A stretch of DNA of 64,000 bases, from positions 1-64,000 of the forward strand of contig JBILLK010000024.1 in NCBI GenBank assembly GCA_044376115.1. The letters run 5' to 3'. This DNA comes from Polyangiaceae bacterium (GTDB lineage Bacteria; Myxococcota_A; Polyangia; Polyangiales; Polyangiaceae). Of this stretch, positions 18,271-30,383 are shown piece after piece. The stretch's first letter is position 1, and each line of letters begins with the position of its first letter. Position numbers and translations under genes: made by a program. Under the pieces are notes generated by a model. It was given only the letters and a program-made list of their open reading frames with translations, searched no databases and had not been told where the DNA came from.

Positions 18271-20733
18271 TCACCTCACGCACGGACTCGGAGAGGCCGG
18301 CTTCACCGCGCGGCGAGCCATCTCGCGAATGTCCGGGGTGGCGCCTTCCTTCAAGAGCGGAGCGATGCGCGTCGCGATATCGCTGGGGCTGAGCGCGGCC
18401 AAGCCCTCGAGCGCAGCCAACGACAGCCGACGCTCGCGTTCGAGCTGGAGCGTAGCGCCGCCGAGGGCGAGCTCGGTGAGCAGCTCGAGCGACTGCGAAT
18501 CGCACATCTTCCCGAGCGCGACGAGCGCGCTGGTGCGCACGAACAGCGCCTCTTTTTCATCGGTGGCGCGCGACAAAACCACCAGCCGCTGACTCTTGGC
18601 GCGGCGCACGCCGAGCGCGGTCACCATCGCGGCACGCACCTTCTCGAGCGGCTCGAGATCCACCGCTGCACCGACGCGCACGTTGACCGGCTCGCTCTTG
18701 CCCGATTCCAGCGCAGCCGCCGCTTGCAAGCGCACGAAGGCCCACGGATCGAGCGCCACACGCTCCGCCAGCTTGGCCTCGAGCGGCGCCTCGACGTTCG
18801 CCTTGGAGAGCGCCAACATCGCCGCTTCACGTACGCGCACCGCCGGATCGTCGACCAGCGAAAGAGCCACATCGCGCAGCGCCGGGATGCCCGCCGCGAG
18901 CTCGGCTGCACGCGCGCGCAAACGATGGTCCTCGGCTTTGAGCTGCTCACGCACGAAGCTCTCGCCGGCCTCTTGCCGATCGGCGGCGAGCTCGGCGGCG
19001 GGCCCGAGCAGGAGGTAGCGCTCGCGGAACTCCTTCGCCTCGTTGGCCGTCAATTGGAAGGCAGCCGGCGCGTTGCTGGTCTGCTTGGCCGACTCGCCCA
19101 GGGCGCGCAGTACGTCGACTCGTGCGGCGAGCGGTAACGCGCTGAAGCGCTGCGAGCCAAGGAAGGTATCGAATAGGCGGACGCCCTTGGAGCGCGCGTT
19201 CACTTTGGCGAGACCGCGGCGAGCGACGCGGCGATCTTCGCTCGACTTGGCCTCACTCAACGCCCTTGGGAAGGCGTTGAGCGCGAGCTCCGGCGCAAGC
19301 AGACCGGCCTCTTCGGCGTAGCGAATGCGGTCTTCGGTTTTGCCGGCGGCGATGGCCTGAGCAACCAAATAAGGCCCCGAGGCCGCGCCACAATTGCGAA
19401 TGCGGTCGCGTGCGCGGTCCTCCTCGACTTTGTCGGAGCTGCTGAGCGCCGGCCCGTAAAATTCGATGCGCGTTTCGCACGGCAGTTCATCCATCAGCGC
19501 CCGCGCGACCCCGCGCGCTTGGTCGCTCAAGTTGGGCAACGCGGCCAGCACCGCCGGCACTGCGGCCGCGCCCGCCGTCCGCAGAATCACCTCGCGCGCG
19601 CCCGAATCGGCGCTGCCGAGGCCCGCCGCGATGGCCTCGAGCGATTGACCGTCGAGGTTGGTGCCCAGCGACACCTCGGTCACCGCGGGGCGCTCATTGG
19701 GCTTCTTGACGGCATCGAAGACCAGCGCGACGCAGCGCGTGCCGGCCGCGGGGAGCCCGACTGAAACATGCGTGACACCGTCGGCTTTGGCCGGGAGCTT
19801 GAGCGAATGAAAGCCGCTCTCGGTGGCTAGCAGCAGCGAGCCGCTGGGCAGGCCGTGCTCCTTGTCGCGCAGCAGCGAGAACTCGAAGCGCTGGGCGGTG
19901 ACGCCCTCGGCGACGTCGAACGAAACGAAGGCTCGGTCATTCGACTCGGGCGCCCACTGCGTGGCTTGGTTCTTGTCGACCGCGAGCCCGATCGCGCCGG
20001 TGGAAGCGACTCTGGGCGAGAGCAGCGCATGGCGAACGCCGGGGCTCTCGAGCGTTGTGGCAGCGAGCTCGCTGACCGATAGCCGCGCCGCACCGAGGAA
20101 GTCCGGCGCCTCGCGCGTCGTCAGCGTGCCTCGCTTGGCGTCGAGCAACTTCTCCTCGACGATCACCTCGCGACCGCACAGCAATGCGCGCGTGGTGAAG
20201 GTGAGCCCGGCTTCATTGCGAGTGAGCGTGGTGAAGCGATTGCGCGCGTTGTCTTTGCCAGTGAAGCTGCGCAAAAGCACGTTGGGTGCGCCTTCCGGGT
20301 CTTTGGGCGGTTGCAGCAGCACCACGTAGCCATCGTCTTTTCCGGGCTCACCGGCCAGGGTCACCAGCGCCAATTGATTGGCGCCGCTGCCGAAGCCTTC
20401 GATCGTCGCGCGCAACAAGAACGGGCGGGCGCGTTGTGGCGGATGGATCGGAGTACCTTCGCGCGCATCGCACGGACCAAGCCCTTTGCAGCGCCGAACC
20501 AGGATCGCGTCCTCGGTGATCGCCACCACGAAGCGGCCACCCGGCAAGCCGAACTCTTTGTTCTGCAGCAGCGGAATGCTCGGCTTGGGCGGCGGCCGGA
20601 ACTCGACTCGCTTCGCCGCAACGGGCGTGTCCGCGACAGCGATCTCGGAGAAACACTCAGCGGGCACCAGCATCGGCGCGAGCAGGGCGATCGCAGGAAG
20701 CAGGCCGCGAAAGGGAAAGGACGGAACGTTCAT
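18271..20733 (-). CDS. Exported HEAT-repeat protein
   Basis: Signal-like N-terminus and C-terminal HEAT-like units (DDPAVRVREAA, DPWAFVRLQAA, EALFVRTSALVALG). Confidence 0.75.
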   Translation of the reverse strand: MNVPSFPFRGLLPAIALLAPMLVPAECFSEIAVADTPVAAKRVEFRPPPKPSIPLLQNKEFGLPGGRFVVAITEDAILVRRCKGLGPCDAREGTPIHPPQRARPFLLRATIEGFGSGANQLALVTLAGEPGKDDGYVVLLQPPKDPEGAPNVLLRSFTGKDNARNRFTTLTRNEAGLTFTTRALLCGREVIVEEKLLDAKRGTLTTREAPDFLGAARLSVSELAATTLESPGVRHALLSPRVASTGAIGLAVDKNQATQWAPESNDRAFVSFDVAEGVTAQRFEFSLLRDKEHGLPSGSLLLATESGFHSLKLPAKADGVTHVSVGLPAAGTRCVALVFDAVKKPNERPAVTEVSLGTNLDGQSLEAIAAGLGSADSGAREVILRTAGAAAVPAVLAALPNLSDQARGVARALMDELPCETRIEFYGPALSSSDKVEEDRARDRIRNCGAASGPYLVAQAIAAGKTEDRIRYAEEAGLLAPELALNAFPRALSEAKSSEDRRVARRGLAKVNARSKGVRLFDTFLGSQRFSALPLAARVDVLRALGESAKQTSNAPAAFQLTANEAKEFRERYLLLGPAAELAADRQEAGESFVREQLKAEDHRLRARAAELAAGIPALRDVALSLVDDPAVRVREAAMLALSKANVEAPLEAKLAERVALDPWAFVRLQAAAALESGKSEPVNVRVGAAVDLEPLEKVRAAMVTALGVRRAKSQRLVVLSRATDEKEALFVRTSALVALGKMCDSQSLELLTELALGGATLQLERERRLSLAALEGLAALSPSDIATRIAPLLKEGATPDIREMARRAVKPASPSPCVR

Positions 20734-20789
20734 GGTTGTCTCGGGCACAGTAGAGCACCGTGCTATGACGAGGTTAGCTGCGCGAACAG

Positions 20790-21710
20790 ATGTCGATCGA
20801 ACTCGTTTTTGCCACCCCTCGGAAACTCCCCAAAGCACGCGACCTGAAAGGCAGGGTCGCGGTGCTCGATTTGGCGTTTGCGTCCGAAGCGGGCGGCGGC
20901 TCCTTCGAGACCAGCACCTTGCCGTTGATCGAGCAGCTGGGGCCACGGCTCGCCGCTTGGGTGGACCACCATGATTCGTTGCACCACGCGCGATTCATCG
21001 GAGATCCGCGCTTCACGCTGACCACCAAAGCCGAGCACGGAGCCTGCCCGGAGCTGATTACGCCAGAGCTCGTCGAGCGCGCTGGAGCCGTACAAACCAT
21101 CGTTTGTCACAGTGACTTCGACGGTCTGATGAGCGCCGCCAAATGGCTGCGGCTCGGTCTCGAGCCCTACCCTGGTGCCGATGACGATGCCCGCGCGGTG
21201 GACACCTGTATGGGCGAGCCCTCGCTGCTCGGCCGGCGCATCGAGCGGGCGGTGCGCGCACGCCCCCGCGATATCGGCTTGGCCGGCTTGATCGTGCGGC
21301 ACCTCGCCGCTGGCTTCGCCGATGCGGCGTTGTGGCTCGATATCGACGCCGCCGGCCGCGAGCTCGAGGCGGTGGAAAAGCGCACGCAAGAGCTGGCTAA
21401 GCGGCTGGTTGCGCTCGATGCGCGAGTAATCTTCGCTGATTGCACCGAGCGCAGCGGCGCCTACGACAAGACGATGCTGCTCTTGCTCGGCCAAAAGCAG
21501 CGGCCCATTGCAGTGGTGCTCGACGGGGACAGTGTGACGGTTGCGGCTGCCTTCGATAGCGGCTTCAACTTCTTGTCGCTGCTCGGACTGTCAGGAGGCA
21601 TGCCCACCCGCGTGTCGATCCCCAAGAAGCGAATGAACGAGCTGTTCAGTGCTTTGGAGGTCGCGCAAAGCGCTTGGCCGCGCGTTGACGACCGTCAGCA
21701 AAGGGACTAA
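20790..21710 (+). CDS. DHH-phosphoesterase-like protein with permuted motif order
   Basis: VLD, WVDHHD, then CHSDFDG, and a C-terminal SGG. Confidence 0.7.
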   Translation: MSIELVFATPRKLPKARDLKGRVAVLDLAFASEAGGGSFETSTLPLIEQLGPRLAAWVDHHDSLHHARFIGDPRFTLTTKAEHGACPELITPELVERAGAVQTIVCHSDFDGLMSAAKWLRLGLEPYPGADDDARAVDTCMGEPSLLGRRIERAVRARPRDIGLAGLIVRHLAAGFADAALWLDIDAAGRELEAVEKRTQELAKRLVALDARVIFADCTERSGAYDKTMLLLLGQKQRPIAVVLDGDSVTVAAAFDSGFNFLSLLGLSGGMPTRVSIPKKRMNELFSALEVAQSAWPRVDDRQQRD

Positions 21711-21792
21711 CTCCCGCGCTTTCTCGAGGGGCGCACTAGCGCCTTGGGCGGGTAACAACGGCACCGGCGGCTTCAGTCCGGTGGGTGGGAAA

Positions 21793-22707
21793 ATGGCAGC
21801 AACAGCACAACGAACGAGTTCGCAAACCTCCGACGAGCTTTCCTTTCACAACAACGCAGTCTCCCTCTGCATGCTCGCCAACCGGCGCCATCAGACGGCT
21901 CGCGTGATCGACTTCCGCGCTGGGGCCACCGCCGCCAAGCGCAACTTCGTGATCGCGACAGCGACCCGCGAGAGCCTCGAGAAGGTCTTCGTACTGGTCG
22001 AGCGCGATGAGGTTCAGACCTGGGGTCGGATGGGCTTCCGCCGCGAGGGTTGCATCCCCGGCTTTTACCGCCGCAGCGACGCTTGGATCATGGGCGCCGT
22101 GATCGCCAATATCGGGCCGATGAAGCCTGAGCGCGCCCCCGGCGATGACGATGACGATGATCTCGATGACGAGCCGAACGTAGCGCTCGAGCTCGCTGAC
22201 AAGGCGATCGACAAGGCGAAGAAGCTCGTGAAGGCCGTGCCGGAGAAATCCCTGCCGCCGATGAAGGTGACCACCATCAAGCGCGAGGTCGCTGAGAAGG
22301 CTGCGCTGGCCGCCAGCAAAGCCGGCCGCGCGCTCACCGGCTTTGAGCTCTTCAGCCGCGACGCCGAGCGGCACTTTCTCTCCGCCACCGGCAAGAACGG
22401 CTTCGAGCTGATCGCCTCGTACGAGGTGCAACCTTCCTTCGCCAGCTCGATGTTGGAGCTGCTCTCGGCTCCGCGGGATGAGTCGGAGCGGCTGCTCACG
22501 CAGAGCGCCATTCACGCCTTGCTCGGCAAGTTGGTCGAGGTGAACGCGGTCAGCACTTTCAGCATCGCGCCAGCCGATGACCTGCTGCTCTCCTCCTGCT
22601 TCTTGGCCAACGGCTTCCGCCGGTCGGCTGTGCTGCCCTCTCACCTGGTGGTGGGCAACAAGCGCCGCGACGCGATCGTCTGGTCGAAGAAGCTCGCCGA
22701 CAACTGA
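21793..22707 (+). CDS. Hypothetical protein with two GNAT-like halves (reminiscent of beta-lysine acetyltransferase AblB)
   Basis: EKVFVLV...MGFRREGCIPGFY..SDAW and NGFRRSAVLPSHL....RDAIVWSK, separated by an acidic linker. Confidence 0.55.
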   Translation: MAATAQRTSSQTSDELSFHNNAVSLCMLANRRHQTARVIDFRAGATAAKRNFVIATATRESLEKVFVLVERDEVQTWGRMGFRREGCIPGFYRRSDAWIMGAVIANIGPMKPERAPGDDDDDDLDDEPNVALELADKAIDKAKKLVKAVPEKSLPPMKVTTIKREVAEKAALAASKAGRALTGFELFSRDAERHFLSATGKNGFELIASYEVQPSFASSMLELLSAPRDESERLLTQSAIHALLGKLVEVNAVSTFSIAPADDLLLSSCFLANGFRRSAVLPSHLVVGNKRRDAIVWSKKLADN

Positions 22708-22716
22708 GCCTAACGC

Positions 22717-23304
22717 TCAGCTGAGCGCTGCACGCAGCAGCCGCGAAGAGGCCGCCGGGAATGCCTGAGCGGCCTCTTCCTTTAGCGCCAGCGCGCGACC
22801 TGCGTCGCTCATCTTGCCCCAGGTCTTTTGCAGAATGGCGATCACCTCCTCGTCGCTGCGCGTACTCGCGAAGTTTTCGAGCTCGAGCGCGAGGAAGGTG
22901 AGGCAAACCGCGTCTTCGATCGCCATTCCGTCGGCGTCGCGCTTGTTGGCCTTGTGCAGCAAGATGGCCTCCGCGCGCTCAGCGATGGGCTCGGCGTAAC
23001 CAACCTCCAGCGCAATCTCACGCGCGCGTCGGGCGTGGAAACGAAGCAGTTCGGCGCGCCATTTGCGATAGCCCGCGGTGGTCTTCGGGTAGGCGTCGCG
23101 AGCGAGCGACGAGCGCTCGAGGTGCTGGCACAAGCCCGCGAGCACCAACGGCAGCTCGGGAGCACCGGACGAAAGCCGCAACAAGTAGCCGACGAGCACG
23201 CGGTGGTAACGCTCGGCACCGCCTGCTGGGTCACGACGATGCAGCTCGAACACCCGCTGACAGAAGGCGTCGAACGGCGGCGGAAACGAAAGACCGTCGA
23301 TCAC
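22717..23304 (-). CDS. DUF4202-family protein
   Basis: H.RDP, QHLERS..AR.AYP...GY.KWR..L..FHA, EDAVCLTFL and KTWGKMS. The GTG start overlaps the purS stop. Confidence 0.85.
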   Translation of the reverse strand: MIDGLSFPPPFDAFCQRVFELHRRDPAGGAERYHRVLVGYLLRLSSGAPELPLVLAGLCQHLERSSLARDAYPKTTAGYRKWRAELLRFHARRAREIALEVGYAEPIAERAEAILLHKANKRDADGMAIEDAVCLTFLALELENFASTRSDEEVIAILQKTWGKMSDAGRALALKEEAAQAFPAASSRLLRAALS

Positions 23305-23546
23305 TCCAGAACGCCGACCTCGAAGTCCTCGATCACGGTGTTGGCGAGCAGCTGCTCGGCCATCTTCTCGAGCGCCGCTTTGGCCTCGTCCGCCGTCATG
23401 CCGTCCCCCAGCTCGATCTCGATCAGCTTGCCCACGCGCACGTCGGCGACGCCTGCAAATCCCATCGTCCCGAGCGCCCGCCGAATGGCGTCCCCTTGCG
23501 GATCCAGAACCTCTCGCTTGAGTCTGACCTTGACCGTGGCTTTCAC
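23301..23546 (-). CDS. purS: Phosphoribosylformylglycinamidine synthase subunit PurS
   Basis: VLDPQG, VRVGKLIEI and LLANTVIEDF; 81 aa. Confidence 0.96.
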   Translation of the reverse strand: MKATVKVRLKREVLDPQGDAIRRALGTMGFAGVADVRVGKLIEIELGDGMTADEAKAALEKMAEQLLANTVIEDFEVGVLE

Positions 23547-23587
23547 GCCCGACCCATCGCACTTGCGAAGGTAGCAGGCAAGAGAGG

Positions 23588-23620
23588 TTAGGCGGAGAGC
23601 GGCGCCAAGGCCGTGCGCAG
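23588..23620 (-). repeat. Orphan duplicate of the purC 3' end (att-like direct repeat)
   Basis: 29/33 identical to 25154-25186. Both copies read LRTALAPLSA* on the minus strand. Confidence 0.9.
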
Positions 23621-23630
23621 GCCGGGGTGA

Positions 23631-25120
23631 CTACCGGTCGAGCTCGGCGAGGTCAGCTTCGATACCGGCGCGAAGTGCGGGGTCGTCGATCATAGCGAGC
23701 AACAGCGCGCGCTTCCGGGCCTTCGAGATCCCGCGCGCGATCTGCGCGCGGCGAGCAGCGTCGATCGGTTCGCCGCAACGGCGGTGGAACTCCAGAGCCG
23801 CAGCAGCGAGCGCCGCCGGGTCGAGGTCGGCAGACGCCCAGTCTGCGCGGTCGACGAGCGCTATGACGTCGAGCCCTCGCTCCTCGAGCGCTCGGTAGCT
23901 CGCGAGCGTCAATGCGAGTTCGCGCTCAGCCGCGTCGGGGGGCTGCGCGTGCCGCTGAGCGCCAGAAGCATGCGCCGCCGCGAGGACGTGACGGCGTGGA
24001 ACAGCTGCACGCCAAGCTCCGCCAGTGCACCTGCTGCGATCGCTGGATCGAGCCCGTTGTGAAGAACCTCGCGACCGACACGAACGAAGTGCCAGTGCCG
24101 CGTATCGCCTGCGACCTCGATGGCGACTGGTCGATAGAACGGCGGTGATTGGTCGACAAAGCTACGCGCATCCTCCTCCTTTTGGATGCCGAGCTCCGAC
24201 TTGGCGGTCCACTCGGTCGCGAGCCGTGGCGTCGTGAAGAGCTCCACGCCCGCAAGGCCCGTCTCGTCGAGCTCCTCGAAGGTGGGGCAGATCCGGTTTA
24301 GCCGCGCACCGTCGTCGAACGCGACGTGGTACGCCGCGTCCTTGAGAAGGTACCCCGCACCGTCGTAGCTCCGCAGCGCGATGGGGAGCCTAGGCGTCCG
24401 GGGAAGCTTCGCGAACGAGAGAACGCGTACGGCGACGGCTTGCGACGTCTCCCCGCCGTCCTGCCACCGAATACCCCAAGCCGCTGGGAGCTCGAACGGC
24501 TCTTGGAGCGCGCGTATGAGGATGGTCGCTTCGGCGTCGCCGAGGGAGTCACCGAGGAGCGCCCCCGCCGCCACCCGTGCAAGCGCGTCGATCCGCTCCT
24601 CGCCGCGTGCGCGCTCGACGAACGCCCTGGGCGCCCGCTTCGCCAGCGTCGAAGTCGTGGCGCCGATCGCGAGCCAGGCCGCTGCGCGAAGCGACGGCCG
24701 CACATCCCCAGCAACGGCTAGCTCTGCGAGCCAGGCGGCGAGGTCGTCTGTCGGCTTGCGTGTCCTGGCGACGGCGAGCGCGAGAGCCTCGGCCTGCTCG
24801 GCGTCGTTGCGGTCCCACCGCTCACTCGCCACCGCCAACGCTTGCAGGAGCGCCTTCTTTACGGGTGCCTTCACCGAGTGATCGAGGTTCGCTGCGCGAT
24901 GAGGCAAAAGAAACGGCAGCGGGTCGAACGCTGACGCACGCCCGAGGGCCGACAGCGCTGCCGCAGCGACGGAGCCGCCCTCGGCCGCGACCTCGACCAG
25001 CGATGCGAGGAGCTGCTTCGGCAGCACGTCCTCGACGAACGTCGCTTGAGCGTAGGGCTCCTTCGACAGCGCCGCCCAGAGTTCGTCCGCCGTGCGAGCG
25101 CGCGAGATGACGTTCACCAT
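23631..25120 (-). pseudogene. Hypothetical helical protein split by a frameshift (ORFs 23909-25120 and 23631-23912)
   Basis: Adding one C to the C6 run (G6 at 23937-23942 on +) joins ...GTRSP to PDAAERELALTLASYRAL... and gives one continuous ORF. Confidence 0.6.
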
Positions 25121-25153
25121 CGCTACCTCGCTACATCGCGACGAGCCACCGGC

Positions 25154-27168
<2,015 letters not shown>

Positions 27169-27187
27169 GCAGAGAGACGCTTGTTAC

Positions 27188-27224
27188 GCGGCGGCTGGGC
27201 TTTCCCGGTCGCCGCTTTGTTTTT
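27188..27224 (+). terminator. Rho-independent terminator after mdh
   Basis: GCGGCGGCTGG-gcttt(c)-CCGGTCGCCGC followed by TTTGTTTTT. Confidence 0.82.
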
Positions 27225-27317
27225 GTGGGTTTGCAGCCTTGCGCCGTGGAGAGCCTCGCGCCGATTGGAGCCTTGCGCTGCAGAGAGCCTCGCGGCCTGT
27301 GATGCAACGTACCCCCG

Positions 27318-28193
27318 TCACTCCGGCAGCGGCTCGACGTGAATCGTCACCTGCGTACGCGGCAGCGCGCCGGCCACCGCTTCTTCGAGCGCGTCGCAAA
27401 ACGCATGGCTCTCCGCCACCGTCGATGAGCCGGCCAGCAGCAGCTTGAACTCGACGAAGCGCGCGTTGCCGGCCTTGCGCGTACGCAGCTCCACGAAGGC
27501 GCTGGGTGCGGCGATCTTCGAGCGTAAGACCGCCTCCAACGTTGCTCGTTCGTCGGCCGGTAACGCGCTATCCATCAGGCCGCTCATCGAGCGCTTCACC
27601 AGCACATAGCCGGTGGCCACGATGTTGAGCGCTACTGCGATGGCCACCACCGCATCCAGCCAGACCCAGCTCGCCGGCAACACCGCCATCAAGCCGAGCC
27701 CCGCCACCACCCCCGCCGACGTCCATACGTCGGTGAGCAGATGCCGCGCGTCCGCCTCGATCACGATCGAATCCAGCCGCTTGGCGTGACGCAGCATGAA
27801 GAGCGCCGCACCGCCGTTGATCGCCGACGCGAGCAGCGAGATGCCGAGGCCCCAACCGAGGCTGCCCACCGGCGCGGGATGCAGCAGCCGTTGCACCGCC
27901 TCCCAAATGATCATCGCCGCGGCCACCACGATCAGCCCGCCCTCGAGCCCGCTCGAGAAGTACTCGGCCTTCTCGTGCCCCCACGGATGTTCGGCGTCGG
28001 CTGGCTTCTCCGACACACTGAGCGCCCACAGCGCACCGAGCGCCGCCACAAGGTTCACCAGCGACTCGAGCGCATCCGAATAAAGCCCCACCGAGCCGGT
28101 CAGCGCGTAGGCACCGAACTTCAGCCCCAACGTCACACATGCCGCCGTCAACGAAAGCAGCGCCAACCGACGCGGCGTAACGCTGGACTTCAC
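27318..28193 (-). CDS. Cation diffusion facilitator (FieF-like) transporter
   Basis: SDALESLVN, PADAEHPWGHEKAEY, ADARHLLTDVWTS and IHVEP. The GTG start at 28193 is inferred; the 586-aa ORF in the track is over-extended. Confidence 0.92.
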   Translation of the reverse strand: MKSSVTPRRLALLSLTAACVTLGLKFGAYALTGSVGLYSDALESLVNLVAALGALWALSVSEKPADAEHPWGHEKAEYFSSGLEGGLIVVAAAMIIWEAVQRLLHPAPVGSLGWGLGISLLASAINGGAALFMLRHAKRLDSIVIEADARHLLTDVWTSAGVVAGLGLMAVLPASWVWLDAVVAIAVALNIVATGYVLVKRSMSGLMDSALPADERATLEAVLRSKIAAPSAFVELRTRKAGNARFVEFKLLLAGSSTVAESHAFCDALEEAVAGALPRTQVTIHVEPLPE

Positions 28194-28240
28194 TGCGCTG
28201 GGCAACGCCTGCTGCTTGGACAAGCGCGTGCTGTAGCACA

Positions 28241-29149
28241 CTACGGCTGAGCGAAGACCCGCGAGCGCGTCAACAGCGTGCCGTCTGGCGCTCGGAGCTG
28301 GCAGAGGAGGGGGGCGCCGAGGTCGTTGGCGGTGCAGCCCCAGCGGCGGGTGGGCTCGCTGTCTTCGACGAAGAGGTCGACCCCACCCGGGACCGCGACG
28401 AGGCGGCGGGTCTGGATGACCGACACCTCGCGGCCGAGGCCCACGGGCGCGAGCTCGGTCCAGCGCAGCTCTGCCTTGTCGGCTCCGCGGGCACGCCGGA
28501 GACTGGCGATCTTCGGAGCCATCGACAGCTCGGTGGTGAGCGGCGACTTCGTGCGCGCGGAAGACATCTGGTCGCTCGCTCCGACGACCACGCGCAGGAC
28601 GTAGTTCATCGGCGTGCGGCGAACCACGCCGACGTCCACGGCGTTGCCTCGGCTGTCGCGCGATGCGATGGTTGCTTCGGTCACTTCGTTCGTAGCGTCG
28701 AGTCGGACTCCGGTCACGGTCTCGGTGACGAGCAGCTCTCCCTTGTCGATCGACGCCGTGAGCGAGACGCCGAGCTCCTCGGCGGGCCCACCCACCGCAG
28801 GCGTGCGCGCGCGCAGCCGGTGCTCCACATCGTGCGGCGAGCCGCCCTGCGTCGAGCTCTGCACCCACACCACGTCGACGGTCTCGGCGGGCTGCGCAGA
28901 GAGCCCGCCGAGCCCCTGGAAGAGCGACGCGGTCGAAGACTCGAAGGCTGCGCCGGCGGCGCCGGCCAACGCCGACGCGGGAGCGATTGGCGCGCTCGCT
29001 TCGGACGCGGCGCTCGACGATGCCTGCGGGGACGGAGGCTCGATCGTGCTGGACGCGCCACCGCAGGCCGCGGACCACGCGAGGGCGAGCACCCAGCGCA
29101 AACCTCCAAGCAAAACGTGCCGAGTCTGCTGCGTCGGGGCCGGCTTCAT
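28241..29149 (-). CDS. Hypothetical lipoprotein
   Basis: Signal peptide ending SAAC, then an Ala/Ser/Pro linker and a beta-rich domain. Confidence 0.55.
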   Translation of the reverse strand: MKPAPTQQTRHVLLGGLRWVLALAWSAACGGASSTIEPPSPQASSSAASEASAPIAPASALAGAAGAAFESSTASLFQGLGGLSAQPAETVDVVWVQSSTQGGSPHDVEHRLRARTPAVGGPAEELGVSLTASIDKGELLVTETVTGVRLDATNEVTEATIASRDSRGNAVDVGVVRRTPMNYVLRVVVGASDQMSSARTKSPLTTELSMAPKIASLRRARGADKAELRWTELAPVGLGREVSVIQTRRLVAVPGGVDLFVEDSEPTRRWGCTANDLGAPLLCQLRAPDGTLLTRSRVFAQP

Positions 29150-29301
29150 GGGGGCGTCGTACGGGTTCGCGCGACGGATGCTCCCCCGCTCGGTCCTTGC
29201 GGCCCGCTCGCTCCGCTCCGCTTCGTCCGGTGAAGGCAAGAGCGCACCGTGCGCGTGTGTACCATCCGGAGCGCGGCGCCCAGGAAGTTCGAACCGTGAG
29301 G

Positions 29302-30252
29302 TCATCCGACGACTGGCAGCGAAACAGGGCCTGGCCGCTTTACGGGCAGCAGCTCGTCGTACACCCGTTTGCGGAAGCGCAGCCCGATGGCGTCGGTGGG
29401 CACCGAGCGCTCCTCAGCTGGCGGTGGGACGGGGCCGGGCGGCGATGACTCGACCACCGCCTGATCCTCGACGATCACGCGACGGTTGATGGCCCGAAAG
29501 ATCGGGTCGAACAACCGCGGGCGGAGGAAGTTCCGGTAGCCAAGCTGAAGCACCCTCACTTGGCCTTCATCGACGGGAACGGCGGCAAAGCAGATGCCGA
29601 GCAACTTCCCCGGGACCGGGATGCGCAACAAGCTGACATTCGGAAAGCGCAGCTCTGCCGCCCAATCGGCACGCTTGCCGTCGATCACGACGTGCCACGC
29701 GTAGCCCCAGGGGTGGTGCTCGATATCGAGCACCATACGCGCTGGGGCCGTCGACTTGATGCCACGCCCGATCGTGCGCGGATGGACGAACGGTAGGTGC
29801 GAGTCATCGACCATGTTCTCGACCGCGCGCGTCCAATGCGCGCGCCAGGTGAAGGCGTTGCCGTAGAGCCTGACGTCGTCGCGCAAGACCTCGGCTGGTG
29901 GCGCAGGCTCCGAGTCGGGCACGACGCCGGGCTGCGTGTAGATCCACACCAGTCCTCCCAGCTCTCTGGCCGCCAGCGGGATGGCCTTTTGCCGATCGAG
30001 TTGCGCGTCGGGATGCCAGGGCACCTCGACACACGCGCCATCACCGTTGAACCGCCAACCATGGAACGGGCAGCGCAAGCAGCCGTCCTCGATCCGTCCG
30101 AGAGAGAGCTTGACGCTGCGATGGGGACATCGGTCGACGAGCGCGCAGACGCGCCGCGCAGCGTCGCGGAAGAGCACGATGTCCGTCCCGGCCACCCTCA
30201 GCCCGAGCGGACGGGTCGAAAGCTCACGTGCGAAAGCGACCGGGGTCCACAC
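29302..30252 (-). CDS. Rieske oxygenase alpha subunit (VanA-like)
   Basis: DRCPHR...CPFHGW Rieske ligands and the ENMVDDSHLPFVH mononuclear Fe site. The start is uncertain (GTG at 30252 used). Confidence 0.9.
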   Translation of the reverse strand: MWTPVAFARELSTRPLGLRVAGTDIVLFRDAARRVCALVDRCPHRSVKLSLGRIEDGCLRCPFHGWRFNGDGACVEVPWHPDAQLDRQKAIPLAARELGGLVWIYTQPGVVPDSEPAPPAEVLRDDVRLYGNAFTWRAHWTRAVENMVDDSHLPFVHPRTIGRGIKSTAPARMVLDIEHHPWGYAWHVVIDGKRADWAAELRFPNVSLLRIPVPGKLLGICFAAVPVDEGQVRVLQLGYRNFLRPRLFDPIFRAINRRVIVEDQAVVESSPPGPVPPPAEERSVPTDAIGLRFRKRVYDELLPVKRPGPVSLPVVG

Positions 30253-30286
30253 CTCAGCGAAGCCTTCGAACCAGGTCTCCTTTTTC

Positions 30287-30327
30287 TTTATACCACTTGA
30301 TATAAAATATAGGTCGTCGAGGGTCAA
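30287..30327 (-). promoter_or_regulatory. Sigma70-like promoter of the Rieske gene overlapped by a palindromic operator
   Basis: The minus strand has TTGACC-N17-TATATC. An imperfect palindrome TTTATACCACTTGATATAAA lies at 30287-30306, with a divergent TetR gene adjacent. Confidence 0.65.
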
Positions 30328-30383
30328 TCGACGATCGGGTCGCAACTCACTGCCTGCGCCCTGCTTGTGCTAGAGCTGGTTCC

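Noticed and set aside
28194..29078. N-terminal extension of the 586-aa CDF ORF
   Set aside because: It overlaps the neighbouring lipoprotein gene in another frame and is Arg-rich shadow sequence. The CDF domain starts near 28193.
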